The translations under genes were made by a program, and so were the position numbers. From positions 3,366 through 42,994 of the forward strand of contig JAKUOA010000004.1 of assembly GCA_022451235.1 (NCBI GenBank): a stretch of DNA of 39,629 nucleotides. Direction: 5' to 3'. This stretch comes from Candidatus Thalassarchaeum sp. Its GTDB lineage: Archaea > Thermoplasmatota > Poseidoniia > Poseidoniales > Thalassarchaeaceae. The number at the start of each line of letters is the position of its first letter. The first letter of the stretch is position 1. The notes under the pieces were generated by a model. That model saw nothing but the letters and a program-made list of their open reading frames with translations, was not told the DNA's origin and did no database searches. Below, piece after piece: positions 37,759 through 39,629 of this stretch.

Positions 37759-38638
37759 AACGCCTTCTCCTCATTTGATAATCTTCAATCGCTTCGTATA
37801 GGTCTCTTCGACCGAATGATGGCCAATGTACATCGGAGAAGTAGAGTTCTGAGTAAGCGATTTGCCACAAAAGGAAATTCGAAACCCTTTCCTCGCCCGA
37901 GGTTCTGATAACTAAATCAGGGTCTGGTAAATCCGCAGTATAGAGTCGATTAGAGATTGTTGACGGGTCGATTGAATCGAGTTCGATTTCCCCCGAAGCG
38001 TGTGCTTCAGCAATTTCCTTCACCGCATCAACAATTTCCTCTCTGCCTCCATATGCAAGACAGACTGTGAATAGGAAATCGCTGTACTTCGAGGTTGCTT
38101 CTTCTGCTTTTTTGATTGCATCCAGAACCCTACTTGGGAGTAATTCCTTGCGCCCTACTACCTGAACTCGAACATTGTTATCATGAATCAATGGATCCTG
38201 TGAGATTTCTTCGAGACCGGAGATATACAGATCGAATAGAGTTTCGAGTTCTGCATCGTCGCGAGAGGATAGGTTTTCCGTAGACAATGCATAGACCGTT
38301 AGGTAAGGAATTTCTAGGTCTAGAACCCAACGCATAACTTCCTTCAATTTCTGTTTTCCAGCAGAGTGTCCTGCTTCGGTTTGTAGCGAACGATTCCAAG
38401 CAAATCTACGATTACCATCCATGATCATTGAGATGTGCTTCGGCATCATTTCAGGACCTGAGGAAACCACTCTCTCACGAAGTCGACTCCTTCTGATTCT
38501 GTCAGTACGAGAGATGAAACTCCATGCTAGCCGCGAATTCGCAACCCATCTAGCAGGGGCGGCAATGAGTCGCCACCGCAGTAGCCAATGAGCAAGAGCG
38601 TCAATTCTACGCCCTAACGCACTGCGGGTTCTTCCCAT
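37748..38638 (-). CDS. uppS: cis-polyprenyl (undecaprenyl) diphosphate synthase
   Basis: PKHISMIMDGNRRFA, YALSTEN, AYGGREEI, DLVIRTSGEERVSNFLLWQ, RRYG. Confidence 0.95.
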   Translation of the reverse strand: MGRTRSALGRRIDALAHWLLRWRLIAAPARWVANSRLAWSFISRTDRIRRSRLRERVVSSGPEMMPKHISMIMDGNRRFAWNRSLQTEAGHSAGKQKLKEVMRWVLDLEIPYLTVYALSTENLSSRDDAELETLFDLYISGLEEISQDPLIHDNNVRVQVVGRKELLPSRVLDAIKKAEEATSKYSDFLFTVCLAYGGREEIVDAVKEIAEAHASGEIELDSIDPSTISNRLYTADLPDPDLVIRTSGEERVSNFLLWQIAYSELYFSDVHWPSFGRRDLYEAIEDYQMRRRRYGS

Positions 38639-38705
38639 GCCTAAACCAAATGTCTACTGCGCTAAAGGTCGTCGGCGGCAACGGTTCGCATTTTGTTCAG
38701 AAAAA

Positions 38706-39251
38706 TCACTCAAAAACAAGGTCTACTGAGTCTGCCACTTTGTCTAGAAGCCCCTTTTCTGGATTCACAACAATAACCTGTCCAGCATGTTCCCAAACAG
38801 GAATATCGTGAACGCTATTTCCTGCGTATCCGAATCCATTTTCTCCATATCTTGCAATCAGTGCCTCAGCCTTCTTGTGGTCTCTTAGGTTGATGTTTCC
38901 ATCCGAGCCCATTACATCGTCGAACAGACCAACATGTGCTGCGATTATTTCGGCGACTAAACGGTCTGACGCAGTTGCCAATATGAGTTTTCTACCTCTT
39001 GCACTTTCGCCGGTTAACCAGTCAACAAATGCTTCGTGGTACTGTAATTCATCGGGATCAAATTTGAGCTGACGAGCAAGATTCTTCTTCCATTTTGCTC
39101 TCTTTCCTGTCAATTCAAGGAATATTGTCGAAAATATCGTCCATGGTTTACGGAGAAACACACGCTTAGCGCTCATCACACTCATGTCAGTCAGAATAAG
39201 TGTGCCATCCATATCGACGGCCAACGGCATCTCAACCGGTGCCTCCATCAT
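38706..39251 (-). CDS. HAD-family phosphatase resembling the N-terminal domain of HAD-UbiA fusion proteins
   Basis: PLAVDMDGTLILTD, LATAS, FDDVMGSDG…NL, YAGNSVHDIPVW. Confidence 0.8.
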   Translation of the reverse strand: MMEAPVEMPLAVDMDGTLILTDMSVMSAKRVFLRKPWTIFSTIFLELTGKRAKWKKNLARQLKFDPDELQYHEAFVDWLTGESARGRKLILATASDRLVAEIIAAHVGLFDDVMGSDGNINLRDHKKAEALIARYGENGFGYAGNSVHDIPVWEHAGQVIVVNPEKGLLDKVADSVDLVFE

Positions 39252-39345
39252 AGCCAATCGTCTAGCCAATCCCGAATCAAGCCTTTGGAATGTAAAGAAC
39301 TCCTCCGACCGATTCCATCAAGCCCTCATTGCGCTTCGGCCGGTC

Positions 39346-39629
39346 GTGCCGCAGTCTGATTCAGCCTTCAACAGCGTATGGCGCCCAGCCGCAATGGTGG
39401 AGGTCGATTGTGACACAGAGGCTCCTACAGGCTTCACAGCCCATCTAATGAGAGGAATGAGATTCAGACTAAACCTGTTTGAGCCAGAAGAATCTCTTGC
39501 CACTGTTGAAGGTTGGAATACGGCAACTGATGGATTGGAATCCTGGGGAGAAGTTCCGGCAGAAGTAAGCAGTATTCGAGCAGAGGCCACGGATAGAGGG
39601 CCAGTATACCACATAGAGGCGGCGGATGG
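39346..39629 (+). CDS. 5' part of a hypothetical protein running off the window
   Basis: The frame is open from GTG 39346 / ATG 39394 to the end (MVEVDCDTEAPTGFTAHLMRGMRFRLNLFEPEE…), with acidic composition like the other genes. Confidence 0.6.
   Translation, partial: MPQSDSAFNSVWRPAAMVEVDCDTEAPTGFTAHLMRGMRFRLNLFEPEESLATVEGWNTATDGLESWGEVPAEVSSIRAEATDRGPVYHIEAAD

Noticed and set aside
39318-39614. 98-aa minus-strand ORF
   Set aside because: It is antisense to a + strand frame that stays open to the window end and has more typical composition.

Overview
A gene-dense (~40 CDS) archaeal chromosome segment. It carries archaeal-type P0/P1, L21e, Rpo4, Spt5, Pus10, RaSEA and AK6, and has GAGGTGA Shine-Dalgarno sites. 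The mix with MMPL, M20/M24 peptidases and bacterial-like accessory genes suggests Thermoplasmatota, probably Marine Group II (Ca. Poseidoniales); this is an inference, not a search result. Two conserved clusters are present: ftsZ-secE-spt5-rpl11-rpl1-rpl10-rpl12 and pus10-rpl21e-rpo4-DUF655-rsmA. I saw no rRNA, tRNA, CRISPR array or mobile element. The most unusual observations are: (1) Spt5 fused to an N-terminal Nudix-fold domain with a broken catalytic box; (2) directly downstream, an L11 reduced to its C-terminal domain; (3) a full-length cbb3 oxidase subunit I (CcoN)-like membrane protein that appears to have lost about five of six metal-ligand histidines; (4) a ~105-nt multi-helix plus-strand RNA structure between ychF and rpl12; (5) a kink-turn-like hairpin at the rpl1 SD; (6) a recurring CCCWWWGGG palindrome before three growth-related promoters; (7) a frameshifted AddA/AddB-like Fe-S nuclease. 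Family calls come from recognised motifs only; no database searches were run.
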